Shown piece by piece: positions 1 through 10,456 of a DNA stretch of 45,743 nucleotides. How positions within the stretch are numbered: the stretch's first letter is position 1; each line of letters opens with the position of its first letter. The notes beneath the pieces are model-generated. The model worked only from the letters and a program-made list of their open reading frames with translations, did no database searches and was not told the DNA's origin. The position numbers and the translations under genes are program-made. Source of the DNA: an uncultured Candidatus Moduliflexus sp. (GTDB taxonomy: Bacteria; Moduliflexota; Moduliflexia; Moduliflexales; Moduliflexaceae); NCBI GenBank assembly GCA_964565315.1, contig CAZMEO010000001.1:1-45743 (forward strand). Reading direction: 5' to 3'.

Positions 1-1019
1 AGCAAGGGGAAAAAATTTTGATCAGCTTCAAAGCAGCGTCAGACGGTTATCTGACGGTCTATGACATTGACACCAGAGGGCAGGTGTCAGTGATTTTCCC
101 GAATAAACAGCAGCCGAATAATTATGTGCGCGGAGGTCAGACGTACACTGTGCCGGATCGCACCTATTCTTATGATTTGATTGTCGAAGGGCCGGAAGGG
201 ATCGAATATGTTGACGCAGTTGTCTCCAGTGATCCATATTATTCCTGGGATTACCGCCAGGGCGAGCCGCGCTGGGTGCGGGAATGGGGCTTATCAGGCC
301 GGAATTACAGCGGCACATCCGCTTCTGGCTATAAAAGCAGCACGGAATATAAAAATCGTCCGGAAGGATTCAGCCAGGAAGGCGAGCAGAGTTTAGCGCG
401 GAATTTTGGCATTTCTCGCGAATTGCGTGAAGAAATCCGCTCCAAAATCGTGGTGCAGCCGCGAGATGACAATCGGACATCAGGCGGCGGACAGACGCCT
501 GGGAATTATGGCACCGCAACTTGCTACTTTTACGTCACCTCAGCACGTCCACAACAGCCAGTGGTTGATCCGTATCCATCGCGACAGGAATACATGGAGC
601 AGCAGCAAGAACAGTTCCAGCAGATTCCGGGCGTTGATGTGCGTCGTTCCGGCGAACGCCTGATCGTCACAATGCCGAGCACGATTTTGTTCGATACCGA
701 TTCGTATGCACTGCGCTATGAAGCTCGCCGCGATTTGGATCAGGTTGCGAACATTTTGATGAATTTCCAGGAAACGAATATCACAGTTTCCGGACATACC
801 GACAGCGTCGGAAATGAAGCGTATAACCAGCGGCTTTCGGAATACCGGGCGCAATCGGTCGCGAATTATCTCGTCAGCCGCGGCGTGCCACCGTATCGGA
901 TCGGGTCGGTCGGCTATGGCGAAACGATGCCGATTGCCTCGAACTCAACGGACAGCGGGCGTCAGCGCAACCGCCGCGTGGAGTTGGATATTCGCGTCAA
1001 TCAGCAATACGGAAATTAA
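1..1019 (+). CDS. DUF4384-domain / OmpA-family peptidoglycan-binding protein (5' end outside window)
   Basis: The frame is open from nt 3, so the TTG at 18 is probably internal, and there is no signal peptide. The N-terminal part looks like DUF4384 (DGYLTVYDIDTRGQVSVIFPN). The C-terminal ~110 aa is a typical OmpA_C domain (FDTDSYAL...SGHTDSVGNEAYNQRLSEYRAQSV...NRRVELDI). Confidence 0.8.
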   Translation, partial: QGEKILISFKAASDGYLTVYDIDTRGQVSVIFPNKQQPNNYVRGGQTYTVPDRTYSYDLIVEGPEGIEYVDAVVSSDPYYSWDYRQGEPRWVREWGLSGRNYSGTSASGYKSSTEYKNRPEGFSQEGEQSLARNFGISRELREEIRSKIVVQPRDDNRTSGGGQTPGNYGTATCYFYVTSARPQQPVVDPYPSRQEYMEQQQEQFQQIPGVDVRRSGERLIVTMPSTILFDTDSYALRYEARRDLDQVANILMNFQETNITVSGHTDSVGNEAYNQRLSEYRAQSVANYLVSRGVPPYRIGSVGYGETMPIASNSTDSGRQRNRRVELDIRVNQQYGN

Positions 1020-1037
1020 CCTTTTACAACGTTGAAC

Positions 1038-1080
1038 AGGCTTCGAACGCGCTCAAGGCGTTTGAAGCCTTTTTTGTTTC
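1038..1080 (+). terminator. Rho-independent terminator after the OmpA-like gene
   Basis: 13-bp stem aggcttcgaacgc / gcgtttgaagcct (one G-U pair) with a 7-nt loop, followed by TTTTTTGTTT. Confidence 0.6.
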
Positions 1081-1083
1081 ACC

Positions 1084-1809
1084 CTACGGCTGATATTGTT
1101 CGCAGGCTTGCTTCACCAATTTCATATCTTCCCACGTCAGCCGTTTATCTTCGGGATTCCGCAGCAGATAGGCCGGATGAAACGTCGGCATGACCTGAAT
1201 CCCTTGATAATCATAAAAGCGACCTCGCAGCCTGGAGATAGACGTTTCCGTTCGAAGCAAGGTTTGCGAGGCGACTTTCCCCAGCGTGCAGATGATTTTC
1301 GGACGAATCATTTTAATCTGCTGCTGAAGAAATGGAAAGCAGGTCGCGATCTCGTCGGGCTCAGGGTCGCGATTGCTCGGGGGGCGGCATTTCACGATAT
1401 TCGCGATATACACTTCTTCGCGAGTCAAATTGATCGCATGAATAATTTTGGTTAATAACTCTCCCGCCTCGCCGACAAACGGCATGCCTTGCTGGTCTTC
1501 ATGGTAGCCCGGCCCCTCGCCGATGAACATCAAAATCGCCTGCGCATTGCCTGTGCCAAATACTACATGCGTTCTGCCGTGATGCAATTTACACCGCTGA
1601 CAATGCTGGAGCGTCTGTTCAAGCTGCTGCAAGGTTGCGGGTTCGGCCTCCTTGCTGGCCTGCGGTTGTTCTGATTGCCGCAGACGCGAAAATCCCTCGA
1701 ACCCATTGCGTTGATACGATTGAATCGTATCAGCAAGTTGGGAAAGCCACGTCAAGACCTGTTCTCCCGGATGCTTATATTCCGAATCTGCTGACATGAG
1801 ATGCGCCAT
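1084..1809 (-). CDS. Uracil-DNA glycosylase, family 4 (Fe-S type)
   Basis: Motif A GEGPG([15 protein letters not shown]), motif [10 protein letters not shown], and cluster cysteines (CQRC, VKCRPP, ATCFPF). SD gaggagagagg precedes the ATG at 1809. Confidence 0.85.
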   Translation of the reverse strand: MAHLMSADSEYKHPGEQVLTWLSQLADTIQSYQRNGFEGFSRLRQSEQPQASKEAEPATLQQLEQTLQHCQRCKLHHGRTHVVFGTGNAQAILMFIGEGPGYHEDQQGMPFVGEAGELLTKIIHAINLTREEVYIANIVKCRPPSNRDPEPDEIATCFPFLQQQIKMIRPKIICTLGKVASQTLLRTETSISRLRGRFYDYQGIQVMPTFHPAYLLRNPEDKRLTWEDMKLVKQACEQYQP

Positions 1810-2295
1810 CCTCTCTCCTCACAGTTATCAAGAATCCCTCAATTTCACGAATCTTTTCCGCACGTTTTTGCGCCACTCATAAAAAGTCCGCAAGAAAAAT
1901 CCGCATATATCAAAAGAATTAGGATTGACGCATCAATTGTCGATATCTCCGATTTTTCAGCTTACTCATGGTCAGATTCCGCTCATCATGACGTGCCACG
2001 CGGTCTGTTATCCTGAGTAGAGCAACGGCTCTCTCTCATTTTGCGTAAATCCTGAAAATATATTGTGACAATTACTTCAAAACTCCCCCTGCCAAACCTC
2101 GCAAAAATTCTTGTGGAGATATTATTTTCTTGACACCGCGATAAATTTATTCTAAGTATTATTGTGTTTTTATAAATTTCTTTTCGTGAATGCCAGAAAA
2201 ACTCGGCGATGCGCTTATCGTTTCTAACAGAGAGGCCGACGTAATCGAAGTTATGTTCATCTTTTGTGACAGCGCGGGGAACAGGAGTAAGTATT

Positions 2296-3165
2296 ATGGG
2301 TCAGGTAAAAATCGTTACGGATACGACATGTGATCTGCCGCCAGAGATAGTCAAACAATATGATATTCGCCTTGTGCCAACGGTGATTACGGTTGGCAAT
2401 AATGTGTATCGCGATACGTTCGATCTGCCGGTACAACAATTTTACGAATTATTGAAAACCTCGACAGATCGCCCGGTCAGCGGCCCTCCAGGAAGAAAAG
2501 ATTTTTCTGATGTCTATACGACGTTAAGTAAAGAGACTGATTCAGTCATTTCGCTGCATGTCTCCGAAGCATGGAGTCCAACCTTCAAATTGGCAGAAAA
2601 TATGGCGCGATTCAGCATGAGCGCCGCTCAGAAGCAAGGACAGAAATTCGATATTACCGTGATTGATTCCAGGGCGACCTGTATTGGCTTAGGGATTATG
2701 GTGATCGAAGCCGCGCGTTTAGCGCAGCAGGGGAAACCCAAAGAGGCTATTGTTGACAGCGTGACGAACATCATCAAAAACTTGAAAAGTCTTTTTATGG
2801 TCGATGATATGACCTATCTCGAAAAAAGCGGACGCATCGGCAAAGCGGGCGCGATGATCGGGAATATCCTCAGCATCAAACCCATTTTCTCCATTGAAGG
2901 CGGCGAAACCAGCGTAAAAGGTCGCCCGATGGGAGCAGGCGTGGCTTTTGATAAAATGATTGATTTGATGGGAGAAGCGATTCCTTACGGCACGAATATC
3001 AAATTAGGAATTGCTCATGCCATGTCGCCGGATAAAATCGAGAAAGTTCTCCCGAAAATCAAGGATAAATATAATTGCATTGAAGTGGTTGAAACCCTGG
3101 TTGGCACTAGCGTGGGGGCGACGATGGGACCCGGTTCGTTCGGTTTTGTGTATTATGCCGTGTAA
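2296..3165 (+). CDS. DegV family fatty-acid-binding protein
   Basis: Typical DegV N-terminus (VKIVTDTTCDLP) and overall length. The ATG at 2296 has an AGGAG 8 nt upstream. The listed ORF start at 2266 (GTG) is less likely. Confidence 0.85.
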   Translation: MGQVKIVTDTTCDLPPEIVKQYDIRLVPTVITVGNNVYRDTFDLPVQQFYELLKTSTDRPVSGPPGRKDFSDVYTTLSKETDSVISLHVSEAWSPTFKLAENMARFSMSAAQKQGQKFDITVIDSRATCIGLGIMVIEAARLAQQGKPKEAIVDSVTNIIKNLKSLFMVDDMTYLEKSGRIGKAGAMIGNILSIKPIFSIEGGETSVKGRPMGAGVAFDKMIDLMGEAIPYGTNIKLGIAHAMSPDKIEKVLPKIKDKYNCIEVVETLVGTSVGATMGPGSFGFVYYAV

Positions 3166-3195
3166 TTCCTCGCGAACCGGGGAATTTTTTCTTCT

Positions 3196-4242
3196 CTATC
3201 CTAAGTACTCAAATAACGCCGTATCAAGGTTGTACTGCGGAATTTGCTCTTCGTACAGCCATTTGACCTGTCCCAATCCTAATCGAATTGTCTCTTTGAT
3301 TTTGTCTCTCGTTTTCGGCGTGGAGACAAAACTCACCGCCTGATCAAGCACGTCGCTGACGCCGAAGACGATGTCATCCAGCGACACTTTATCATCAATC
3401 GCGAATCCTTTGTTCGTCTGAATGTTCGTGCCTAATGATTTCAAAAACGCATAATCATTCGCCTTCTGAAAGATCGCCTGAAGGAATGCTTCGTGGAATT
3501 TCCCTTTTCCAACCAATTTTACTAACGATTGATCAATGCTTAACACGATTTTTTCGACGATCTCCAACAGTTCAGTCGGGTCTGCCGGAGCCACCACAGC
3601 CTCATCTGGCTGCGGCTTTTTGATTTCGAGTTTCTCTTTTCCAACCTCTTTCCGGTCAGATTGAAAGACGTTCATCACATAACCGACTTCATTGGCAACT
3701 TCAAGAATTCTCGCCAGACCTTTTTTACCAGAAAGCGTCGAACCATCCCCTGCGCTAAAGAGGCTTTCAATGAGCTTGCCGTCTTCCAAAAAGATAAAGG
3801 CTTCCCCCGCGCCGTCATTCATTTCGATTTCGATATGGCCGGTAATTTGCTTCGTTTTCAACGTGACCAGCAAATTTTTGATCTGCGTGAATTCCGAGAG
3901 CAAATCTTTATACAAGACCTTGCTATGAATGGCTCGCAGCATCATATTCACGACGTTTGACGGGAGTTCTTGAATATTCAGCAGCCCGCCGCCCTCTTTC
4001 GTTTTGGCAATGACGTTATTCATCGCCTTAATGCCATCCACACGAGGACGTCCATCCGTATAATTCTCGACGCTTTCGACCGGGTCGCCATTTTCATAAA
4101 TCACGAGGCCATGATAATTCTCGGACGAAATTTTCACATATCCGGTAAATTTCTCGGTTTTTAACTCTTGCAATACCCCGTCAATATTCACAAAGGCGGT
4201 TTTCAAATCACCAATGACTGTTTTGCCTTGCGGATATAACAT
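3196..4242 (-). CDS. Hypothetical protein with two tandem DUF4388/PATAN-like modules and a helical C-terminal domain
   Basis: 348-aa ORF with a strong SD (gaggaggaggaagg) before the ATG at 4242. Residues ~10-100 and ~115-200 repeat the pattern seen in the C-terminal domain of the upstream response regulator (GDL..v..vLqeLkt.k.TGyv.i....g.viyenG). The domain call rests on visual similarity only. Confidence 0.55.
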   Translation of the reverse strand: MLYPQGKTVIGDLKTAFVNIDGVLQELKTEKFTGYVKISSENYHGLVIYENGDPVESVENYTDGRPRVDGIKAMNNVIAKTKEGGGLLNIQELPSNVVNMMLRAIHSKVLYKDLLSEFTQIKNLLVTLKTKQITGHIEIEMNDGAGEAFIFLEDGKLIESLFSAGDGSTLSGKKGLARILEVANEVGYVMNVFQSDRKEVGKEKLEIKKPQPDEAVVAPADPTELLEIVEKIVLSIDQSLVKLVGKGKFHEAFLQAIFQKANDYAFLKSLGTNIQTNKGFAIDDKVSLDDIVFGVSDVLDQAVSFVSTPKTRDKIKETIRLGLGQVKWLYEEQIPQYNLDTALFEYLG

Positions 4243-4313
4243 AACGCCTTCCTCCTCCTCTTCCCTCTGGCAGTTTGCCCTCTCCTAACAAACCGGCAGC
4301 ACAGGCTGACGCT

Positions 4314-5324
4314 TTATCCGAAGAGATCCTCTGCGAGCTGATCGTAATCCATCGCCTCTTCTTTTTTCTCGGTCTGGCCGCTTTTGATTGCAATAATGTT
4401 GTTCGTATATAATTTGACTAAAATTTGCAGCGTTTTCAAATCGCCGAATTTGCTATGTTCGATCACATCCATCAAATTCGAATACTGATTAACATAATTC
4501 ACGACTTGCAATTCTTCAGGACTCAAATCGGCTTCAGGAAGCGACGCCGCTTCGAAAATTGCGTCTCGGGACGGCAAGGCATCAAGCAACCGCGCATATT
4601 CATCAAGCCGCCGCATCCCTTCCATCAAAAGACCTTCTGCGGATTTCTGCAAGTTGCGCGTTTTCGCCATTGCGCCAGAATCGAACTTGAATTGCCCGTT
4701 TTTCCAAGAGAGCAACCGATATACGGCTTCTTCTCCTTTTTTCCGGTCAACATCCGCATACGTCACCATCGCGTCTTGAAAATAGACCTCACCGCGCTTC
4801 GCGCCATTGACGACAAGCAACCGGCCATTTTTCCTGGTCAACGTAATGGTTTGGACAACTTCGCCAATGCTCATTTTCTCCAAATCTCCCGCAAATGCGG
4901 CTTCTGATTCGGTCGTCATGGCGGCTGGCTGCGCTGCGGCAGGACGCGCTCGTTTGACGCGCATCATCAAGGTTTTGATACGCGCGACGACTTCCACCAC
5001 ATGGAACGGCTTGCTGATGTAGTCATCTGCGCCTAAATTCAAGCCGCGAACGCGATCCGAGACATCTTTTTTGGCGGTGAGAAAAATAAACGGAATGGCT
5101 GCGGTTTTCGGATTTTCTCGAAGCTGCTGGCAAAAGTCATACCCATTCATATCGGGCATCATCACATCCGAAATAATTAAATCCGGGCTTTCCTCTTCTA
5201 CTTTTCGGAGTCCTTGTTGACCGTTATTGGCGATGGAGATATTATATCCCTCATCTTCAAGGGCAACCGTTAATAGTTCAATCATGCCGGGTTCATCTTC
5301 AACAATCAGAATTCGATAGCTCAT
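4314..5324 (-). CDS. Response regulator: REC receiver + C-terminal DUF4388/PATAN domain
   Basis: REC hallmarks are present: ILIVEDE, DLIISDVMMPDMNG (phospho-acceptor Asp), and FLTAK...GADDYISKPF. The C-terminus reads GDLEKMSIGEVVQTITLTRKNGRLLVV...GEVYFQD...GEEAVYRLLSWKNGQFKFD. The ATG at 5324 is preceded by GAGGTGG; the listed GTG at 5333 is less likely. Confidence 0.85.
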   Translation of the reverse strand: MSYRILIVEDEPGMIELLTVALEDEGYNISIANNGQQGLRKVEEESPDLIISDVMMPDMNGYDFCQQLRENPKTAAIPFIFLTAKKDVSDRVRGLNLGADDYISKPFHVVEVVARIKTLMMRVKRARPAAAQPAAMTTESEAAFAGDLEKMSIGEVVQTITLTRKNGRLLVVNGAKRGEVYFQDAMVTYADVDRKKGEEAVYRLLSWKNGQFKFDSGAMAKTRNLQKSAEGLLMEGMRRLDEYARLLDALPSRDAIFEAASLPEADLSPEELQVVNYVNQYSNLMDVIEHSKFGDLKTLQILVKLYTNNIIAIKSGQTEKKEEAMDYDQLAEDLFG

Positions 5325-5440
5325 GGATACCACCTCATGATACGAGGGTCTTTGCCCTTTACACGCCGCGCCCTTCGCCCTTCTTATGAGTATAGACTCG
5401 TTTCCTAGCAGAAAGGAGTCTCGCAGATGATCAATTTTGG

Positions 5441-5488
5441 TAAAATATAGAAAAATTCTGCATGATAGTCAAGAAAAAACTATCATGC
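5441..5488 (-). terminator. Putative terminator of the rimP-nusA-infB-rbfA operon
   Basis: A 10-bp stem gcatgatagt/actatcatgc lies immediately after the rbfA stop and is followed on the minus strand by AGAAUUUUUCUAUAUUUU. Confidence 0.45.
5444..5472 (-). promoter_or_regulatory. Candidate sigma70-type promoter for the response-regulator operon
   Basis: The minus strand reads TTGACT-17 nt-TATATT, about 110 nt upstream of the ATG at 5324. It partly overlaps the rbfA terminator hairpin. Confidence 0.4.
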
Positions 5489-5860
5489 TTAATAAGAAGC
5501 ATCCCCGTCGTCATCATGACGATGAATTTCATCAATCAGGGCTAAAATCCGTTCTTGATGCGCAACCGAGTCATCAAAATAAAATTGGAGCGTCGGAATG
5601 AATTTTATCGTCAGGCGACGCCCTAACAGCCCCCGAATATATCCGCTCGCGCGTCGTAATCCGGCTAAACATTCTTTTTGATCGATATTCGCGTCAAGGC
5701 TGGAGATATAAATTTTGGCTTCTCGTAAATCTGACGTGAGTTCAACGTTCGTCACCGACAACAAAGACAGCCGGGGGTCTTTCATCTCGAATTGAAGAAT
5801 CTGGCTGATTTCTTCTTGAATAACCTGCTTCACCCGATCTGCGCGTTTATATGTTCTCAT
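5489..5860 (-). CDS. rbfA: Ribosome-binding factor A
   Basis: RbfA-like translation (RVKQVIQEEISQIL...DPRL..VTNVELTSDLREAKIYIS) in the conserved position after infB. Confidence 0.9.
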   Translation of the reverse strand: MRTYKRADRVKQVIQEEISQILQFEMKDPRLSLLSVTNVELTSDLREAKIYISSLDANIDQKECLAGLRRASGYIRGLLGRRLTIKFIPTLQFYFDDSVAHQERILALIDEIHRHDDDGDASY

Positions 5861-5888
5861 CTCGTCACCGTCTCTGATTCGCTGCCTG

Positions 5889-6185
5889 TTACAGAAATTC
5901 CATCGAATAATCCAAGAAAAACGGGGCGAAATTCGACGCTTCGATAAAATCGATCACTTTTTCCAATTCTCGATTCACATGCGCCTGCTCATTACTGATC
6001 ATGCACACGCCCAATGTCGCCCGCTGCCAGACATCCAAATAATCCACTTCCGCCACCGAAACATTGAAGCGATGTTGCAGCTTTTCTTTCAAGCTTTTGA
6101 CAATCTGGCGCTTTCCTTTCAATGAGTGATTCTCAGGTAAATACAATTGAATCGTGCAAATTCCAATAACCATAGCCTCCGTCAC
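5889..6185 (-). CDS. DUF503 (YlxP-like) protein
   Basis: MVIGICTIQLYLPENHSLKGKRQIVKSLKEKL is the DUF503 signature, and it sits in the conserved infB-ylxP-rbfA position. The start is ambiguous between GTG 6185 and ATG 6173. Confidence 0.8.
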   Translation of the reverse strand: MTEAMVIGICTIQLYLPENHSLKGKRQIVKSLKEKLQHRFNVSVAEVDYLDVWQRATLGVCMISNEQAHVNRELEKVIDFIEASNFAPFFLDYSMEFL

Positions 6186-6196
6186 ATTGCGTCACG

Positions 6197-9187
6197 CTAT
6201 TCTTTTCGAGCTCGCGCAGCAGCTTCTTCCAGAGTAATCGTCACTTTTTCTGTGGCAAATGCCCGAAGGATATCCCCTTCCTTCACATCATTTCGGCCTT
6301 CGAGGCGAATGCCGCATTCGAATCCGGCCAGCACTTCACGCACGTCATCTTTGACGCGGCGCAGCGACGCAATCGTGCCTTTGAAAATTTCGGTGTTATT
6401 ACGGAATTGGCGGATAATCGCGTTTCGCGTAATTTTCCCATCCAAGACACGACATCCGGCCACCGTGCCTCCACGCGGCAGATTGAAGAGCGCCATCACC
6501 TGCGCCTGCCCGATCTGCACTTCGGTATAGACCGGCGCTAAGAGGCCTTCCATCGCTTTTTTCACGTCGTCAATCGCTTGATAAATGACATTATACAGAC
6601 GCACGTCAATTTGTTCTTTCTCCGCCATATCCATCGCTTTCACGACCGGTTTGACATTGAATCCGAGAATAATGGCGTTCGACGCGGACGCGAGAATGAC
6701 ATCCGATTCGTTGATGGCGCCGACTCCGCCATGAATGACTTGAAGGCGAACCTGTTCCGTGCTTAATTTTTCCAACGACGCGGTCAACGCCTCAACAGAG
6801 CCATGCACATCGGCCTTGATGACGATGCGCAATTCCTGCGTCTCTCCTTCTTTGATATGGTGGTGCAGACCTTCCAGCGTGATTTTCGCTGTTCTGGAAA
6901 ATTCGATTTTTTGTTGAGCTTCTTGTCGCGATTCCGCAATTTGCCGAGCTTTCCGTTCGCTATCCACGACAATAAAGGCATCTCCAGCAGTCGGCACGCC
7001 CGCTAAACCAAGCACTTCGACGGGCGTCGAGGGGCCAGCCTCTTCCACGCGATTTCCCACATCATCAAGCATGGCACGGACTCTGCCATAGTACGAGCCG
7101 ACGACAAACGGGTCGCCCACACGCAGCGTTCCTTTCTGAACCAGCACCGTCGCCACCGGGCCGCGCCCTTTATCTAATAGCGCTTCGACAATCACGCCAC
7201 GCGCCAATCTATACGGATCGGCTTTCAACTCGAGAATTTCGGCTTGCAGCAGGATCATTTCCAACAAGTCGTCCAAATTCGTCCGTTTCTTGGCCGACAC
7301 TTTAACGCAAATCGTATCACCGCCCCATTCTTCCGGGGTCAGCCCATACTTCGTCAATTCCTGCATCACGCGGTCGGGGTTTGCTCCTGGCACGTCAATT
7401 TTGTTAATGGCGACAATAATCGGCACTTTCGCCGCGCGAGCATGATCAATCGCCTCAATGGTCTGCGGCATGATGCCATCATCCGCAGCCACGACAAGCA
7501 CGACCTCGTCAGTAGCTTTTGCGCCACGCGCTCGCATCGCTGTAAACGCTTCATGTCCCGGCGTATCGAGGAACACGATGCGTTGGCCGTTGATTTCAAC
7601 GGCATACGCGCCGATATGCTGCGTGATGCCGCCAAATTCGGTATCAGTGATTTTCGACTCGCGAATCGCGTCAAGCAGCGTGGTTTTTCCGTGATCAACA
7701 TGCCCCATGATCGTAACAACCGGCGGACGTGGCCGTAACTTCGACACATCCACGATCTCATCCTGAAGTTCGATTTCTTCTTCAAGCGAGACCGCATTGA
7801 CCTCAAAACCAAAGTGCTGTGCTAATGAAGTGGCCGCTTCAGGATCTAAGACCTGATTGACGTTCGCCATAATGCCACTGGTCATGAGATGGGCAATAAT
7901 TTTGGAGGGCGGGATATTCATCTTTTCGGCCAATTCTTTGACCGTCGTCATTTCGTGAATATTTAATATCTTCGAACGTTCGGCTTCGGCGGCCTGTTGC
8001 GCGCGCAACGCCTCGGCGGCCTTCTGTGCCTTTTGCGCGGCTTTTGCTGCCGATTTTCGTCTTACTGCCGGACGAGATGTGCGTGGAAAAAACTCTTGGA
8101 AGTCACGATCCTCTTCGACCTCAGCGCCACGTTTTTGACCTGTCCGTTCATTACGATTGCCATGCTTTGCGGCAACCTTATCACGTCGCTGTTTTTCCCC
8201 TAATTCTTCAAGCGGCATTGAACGCTCTGGCTTTTTCCCATGTTTTGTTGCCTCACCTTTGGCATGGTGTTCGTCTTTACGTTTTTGAGCGCCCTCATCA
8301 GCCCTGAATTTGCCATGCCGTTTTGCGGCTAATGCTTTCGCCTCGCTGCTCTGGTCAACAGCGCCTTCCTGCGGACGCCGCTGGTCTTTTCCTCGTTGGT
8401 CAGACACCGAGGGCCGTTGCGACGATGATGGACGAACAAATGATTTTCTTGCGCCGCCCTGTTCATTTTCGCGAGCAGGTTTTCGTTCCTGATCGCGATC
8501 ACGACGTTTAAACTCTTCCCTCTGCGGCTTTCTGGCGTCACGATCAGGTCTTTTCTCTTCATCAGGACGGGGTTTGCGCTGCCCAAATGCTCGTTCTCCC
8601 TCTGGGCGAGGCTTGTGATGAACAAATGGTCGCTCTCCCTCTGGACGAGGTTTGTGCTGCACGAATATCCGTCGTTCTCTTGCCGGTTGCGTTTCTGATG
8701 GTGCTTGAGGCGTCGCAGTCGGCGTCACCTTTATTGCCGGAGTACTCTCCTGAATACGCGGCTGTTCGCTAATAGGTTCGATGGGTTTCTCGGCATGTTC
8801 GACGCGCTGAGGCTGGACAAATGGTTCGCTCGCCGCATCAGAAGAAAATTCTGGCATCAAAGAAGATTCCGCATCTTCGGCCTCATCAGCACGCTCCATT
8901 GCTGGAGAGCCGGGGAAATGCGGCATCGGTCGTTTCTTTTTTCGTTTGCGCGGAGGGATAAACAACAAGCCCCCTCCTTTTTTTTCTTTGCTGTCAGAAT
9001 CGCTCTCTTCTGAAGCGCTCTCAACTGGCGTGGATTTGCGAAATGTTTTGCGGATGAGCGCCACCGCAGCATCATCAATTGCGCTCAACGAGTTTTTCAC
9101 ATCAATTTTCTGCTGCGTTAATACATCAATAATCTCTTTTGAAGATACCTGCAATTCTTTTGCTAATTCATGAATTCTATTACTCAT
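6197..9187 (-). CDS. infB: Translation initiation factor IF-2
   Basis: 996 aa. The N-terminus is [23 protein letters not shown]. The GTPase motifs [17 protein letters not shown] and NKID are present, as are the C-terminal IF-2 domains. The N-terminal region is long and low-complexity. Confidence 0.97.
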   Translation of the reverse strand: MSNRIHELAKELQVSSKEIIDVLTQQKIDVKNSLSAIDDAAVALIRKTFRKSTPVESASEESDSDSKEKKGGGLLFIPPRKRKKKRPMPHFPGSPAMERADEAEDAESSLMPEFSSDAASEPFVQPQRVEHAEKPIEPISEQPRIQESTPAIKVTPTATPQAPSETQPARERRIFVQHKPRPEGERPFVHHKPRPEGERAFGQRKPRPDEEKRPDRDARKPQREEFKRRDRDQERKPARENEQGGARKSFVRPSSSQRPSVSDQRGKDQRRPQEGAVDQSSEAKALAAKRHGKFRADEGAQKRKDEHHAKGEATKHGKKPERSMPLEELGEKQRRDKVAAKHGNRNERTGQKRGAEVEEDRDFQEFFPRTSRPAVRRKSAAKAAQKAQKAAEALRAQQAAEAERSKILNIHEMTTVKELAEKMNIPPSKIIAHLMTSGIMANVNQVLDPEAATSLAQHFGFEVNAVSLEEEIELQDEIVDVSKLRPRPPVVTIMGHVDHGKTTLLDAIRESKITDTEFGGITQHIGAYAVEINGQRIVFLDTPGHEAFTAMRARGAKATDEVVLVVAADDGIMPQTIEAIDHARAAKVPIIVAINKIDVPGANPDRVMQELTKYGLTPEEWGGDTICVKVSAKKRTNLDDLLEMILLQAEILELKADPYRLARGVIVEALLDKGRGPVATVLVQKGTLRVGDPFVVGSYYGRVRAMLDDVGNRVEEAGPSTPVEVLGLAGVPTAGDAFIVVDSERKARQIAESRQEAQQKIEFSRTAKITLEGLHHHIKEGETQELRIVIKADVHGSVEALTASLEKLSTEQVRLQVIHGGVGAINESDVILASASNAIILGFNVKPVVKAMDMAEKEQIDVRLYNVIYQAIDDVKKAMEGLLAPVYTEVQIGQAQVMALFNLPRGGTVAGCRVLDGKITRNAIIRQFRNNTEIFKGTIASLRRVKDDVREVLAGFECGIRLEGRNDVKEGDILRAFATEKVTITLEEAAARARKE
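8552..8668 (-). repeat. 3 x 39-nt in-frame tandem repeat inside the infB N-terminal region
   Basis: Units at 8552-8590, 8591-8629 and 8630-8668 encode KPRPEGER(P/A)F(V/G)(H/Q)(H/R)-type 13-aa repeats ([38 protein letters not shown]). Confidence 0.7.
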
Positions 9188-9206
9188 CCAGCCTCACCTC
9201 CGCGAT

Positions 9207-10436
9207 TTAGATTTCAGAATCGAGATCATCCTCTTCTCCGACAACGTCATCTACACCCTCGTCATCGTCAAGATAGGTGTCATCCTCTTCTAAATCCGGT
9301 TCTTCTGCATCTGTTTGCGAAAACGCGCGTTCGAACGATTCTTGCACCGCTATTTTCCGTTCAGATTCACTTAAAATGTTAATCCGCCACTTGGTTAATC
9401 TGACTGCTAATTTGGCATTCTGCCCTTTCTTCCCAATGGCTAACGCTAATTGATCGTCAGCCACAACAATATCTACCGTTCGATCCGCGCTATGTACGCT
9501 GGCGCTTTGGACTTTCGCTGGAGTAATGGCACGACTAACGAGTTCGGCAGGATCGTCAGTCCATTCGATAATATCAATTTTTTCGCCACGCAACTCGCGT
9601 ACAATCGACTGAATTCGCGCGCCTCTCATCCCGACGCATGCCCCGACAGGATCAACATTCTTCTCTAATGAGCGAACCCCGATTTTCGCCCGAACTCCGG
9701 GGTCTCTGGCAACCGCGACTAATTCGACGATTCCTTCCGCGATTTCCGGGACTTCAATTTCAAACAGGCGGAACAAAAAATCGTCACAGGTGCGAGATAA
9801 TAAAATTTGCGGCCATTTTCCCGACGCGCCCATCCGGACATCCGTAATCATCGCCCGGATTTTATCGCCGCGTTTATAAAATTCGCCGGGAATTTGCTCC
9901 CGCCTCGGCAATACCGCTTCGGAATCGCCTAAACTGACGACCACGCCGTTATCAATCCGTTGAACCGTCGTTAACACAACTTCCCCGATACGCTCTTTAT
10001 ACGCCTCAAATGCTTTATACTTTTCGGCTTCTTTGACTTTTTGACTGATAATTTGCCGGGCTTTCTGGGCAGAAATTCTTCCTAAGTCCGAAATGTCCCG
10101 TTCCACATAGACTTCATCCCCAATTTCAGCAGTCGGCTCAATTTTTCTGGCGCTCAAGACGTCAATTTCACATTTCGGGTCCGTCACCTGCGCGACCACG
10201 TCTTTAATCGCATAAAGATGCAATGTCCCGCTTTCCTCGTCATACTCCACGTCGAATTTGGATTTATCGCGTTTTTTAGCGGCTAATTCAATCGCGCTGA
10301 TCACCGCTTCGACAATGACTTTTAATGGCAACCCTTTTTCTCTGGCAATCTGTTCAAGAAGTTGAATTAACTCGCGATTCATAAGCTTTTCATGTTCTCT
10401 CTCGATAACAATACCCTCTCTGAGAATTCCCGCCAT
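9207..10436 (-). CDS. nusA: Transcription termination/antitermination factor NusA
   Basis: The NusA N-terminal domain, S1 and two KH regions are recognisable (IGDEVYVERD..., GVVVSLGDSEAVLPRREQIPGE, DPVGACVGMRGARIQ), with an acidic C-terminal tail. An alternative start at ATG 10382 (MNRELIQLLEQI) matches canonical NusA N-termini. Confidence 0.93.
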   Translation of the reverse strand: MAGILREGIVIEREHEKLMNRELIQLLEQIAREKGLPLKVIVEAVISAIELAAKKRDKSKFDVEYDEESGTLHLYAIKDVVAQVTDPKCEIDVLSARKIEPTAEIGDEVYVERDISDLGRISAQKARQIISQKVKEAEKYKAFEAYKERIGEVVLTTVQRIDNGVVVSLGDSEAVLPRREQIPGEFYKRGDKIRAMITDVRMGASGKWPQILLSRTCDDFLFRLFEIEVPEIAEGIVELVAVARDPGVRAKIGVRSLEKNVDPVGACVGMRGARIQSIVRELRGEKIDIIEWTDDPAELVSRAITPAKVQSASVHSADRTVDIVVADDQLALAIGKKGQNAKLAVRLTKWRINILSESERKIAVQESFERAFSQTDAEEPDLEEDDTYLDDDEGVDDVVGEEDDLDSEI

Positions 10437-10456
10437 CTGAAACGGTTTGGGAATCC

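Noticed and set aside
1810-2295. 486-nt divergent intergenic region between the glycosylase and degV genes, which could hold a small gene or riboswitch. It contains ORF 1801..2016+ and a TTGACA at 2130.
   Set aside because: I could not identify a properly spaced -10, a known riboswitch core, or an ORF with an SD. It is left unannotated rather than guessed.
8552-8668. A 39-nt tandem repeat that might have been a CRISPR-like or minisatellite element.
   Set aside because: It is in frame inside infB, encodes a repeated KPRPEGER peptide in the low-complexity N-terminal region, has no spacers, and has only three copies.
6147-9382. Many 60-165 aa ORFs on both strands overlapping infB, for example 7244..7738+, 7366..7812- and 8705..9013+.
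   Set aside because: They are shadow or alternate frames of IF-2. They have no SD and low-complexity translations.
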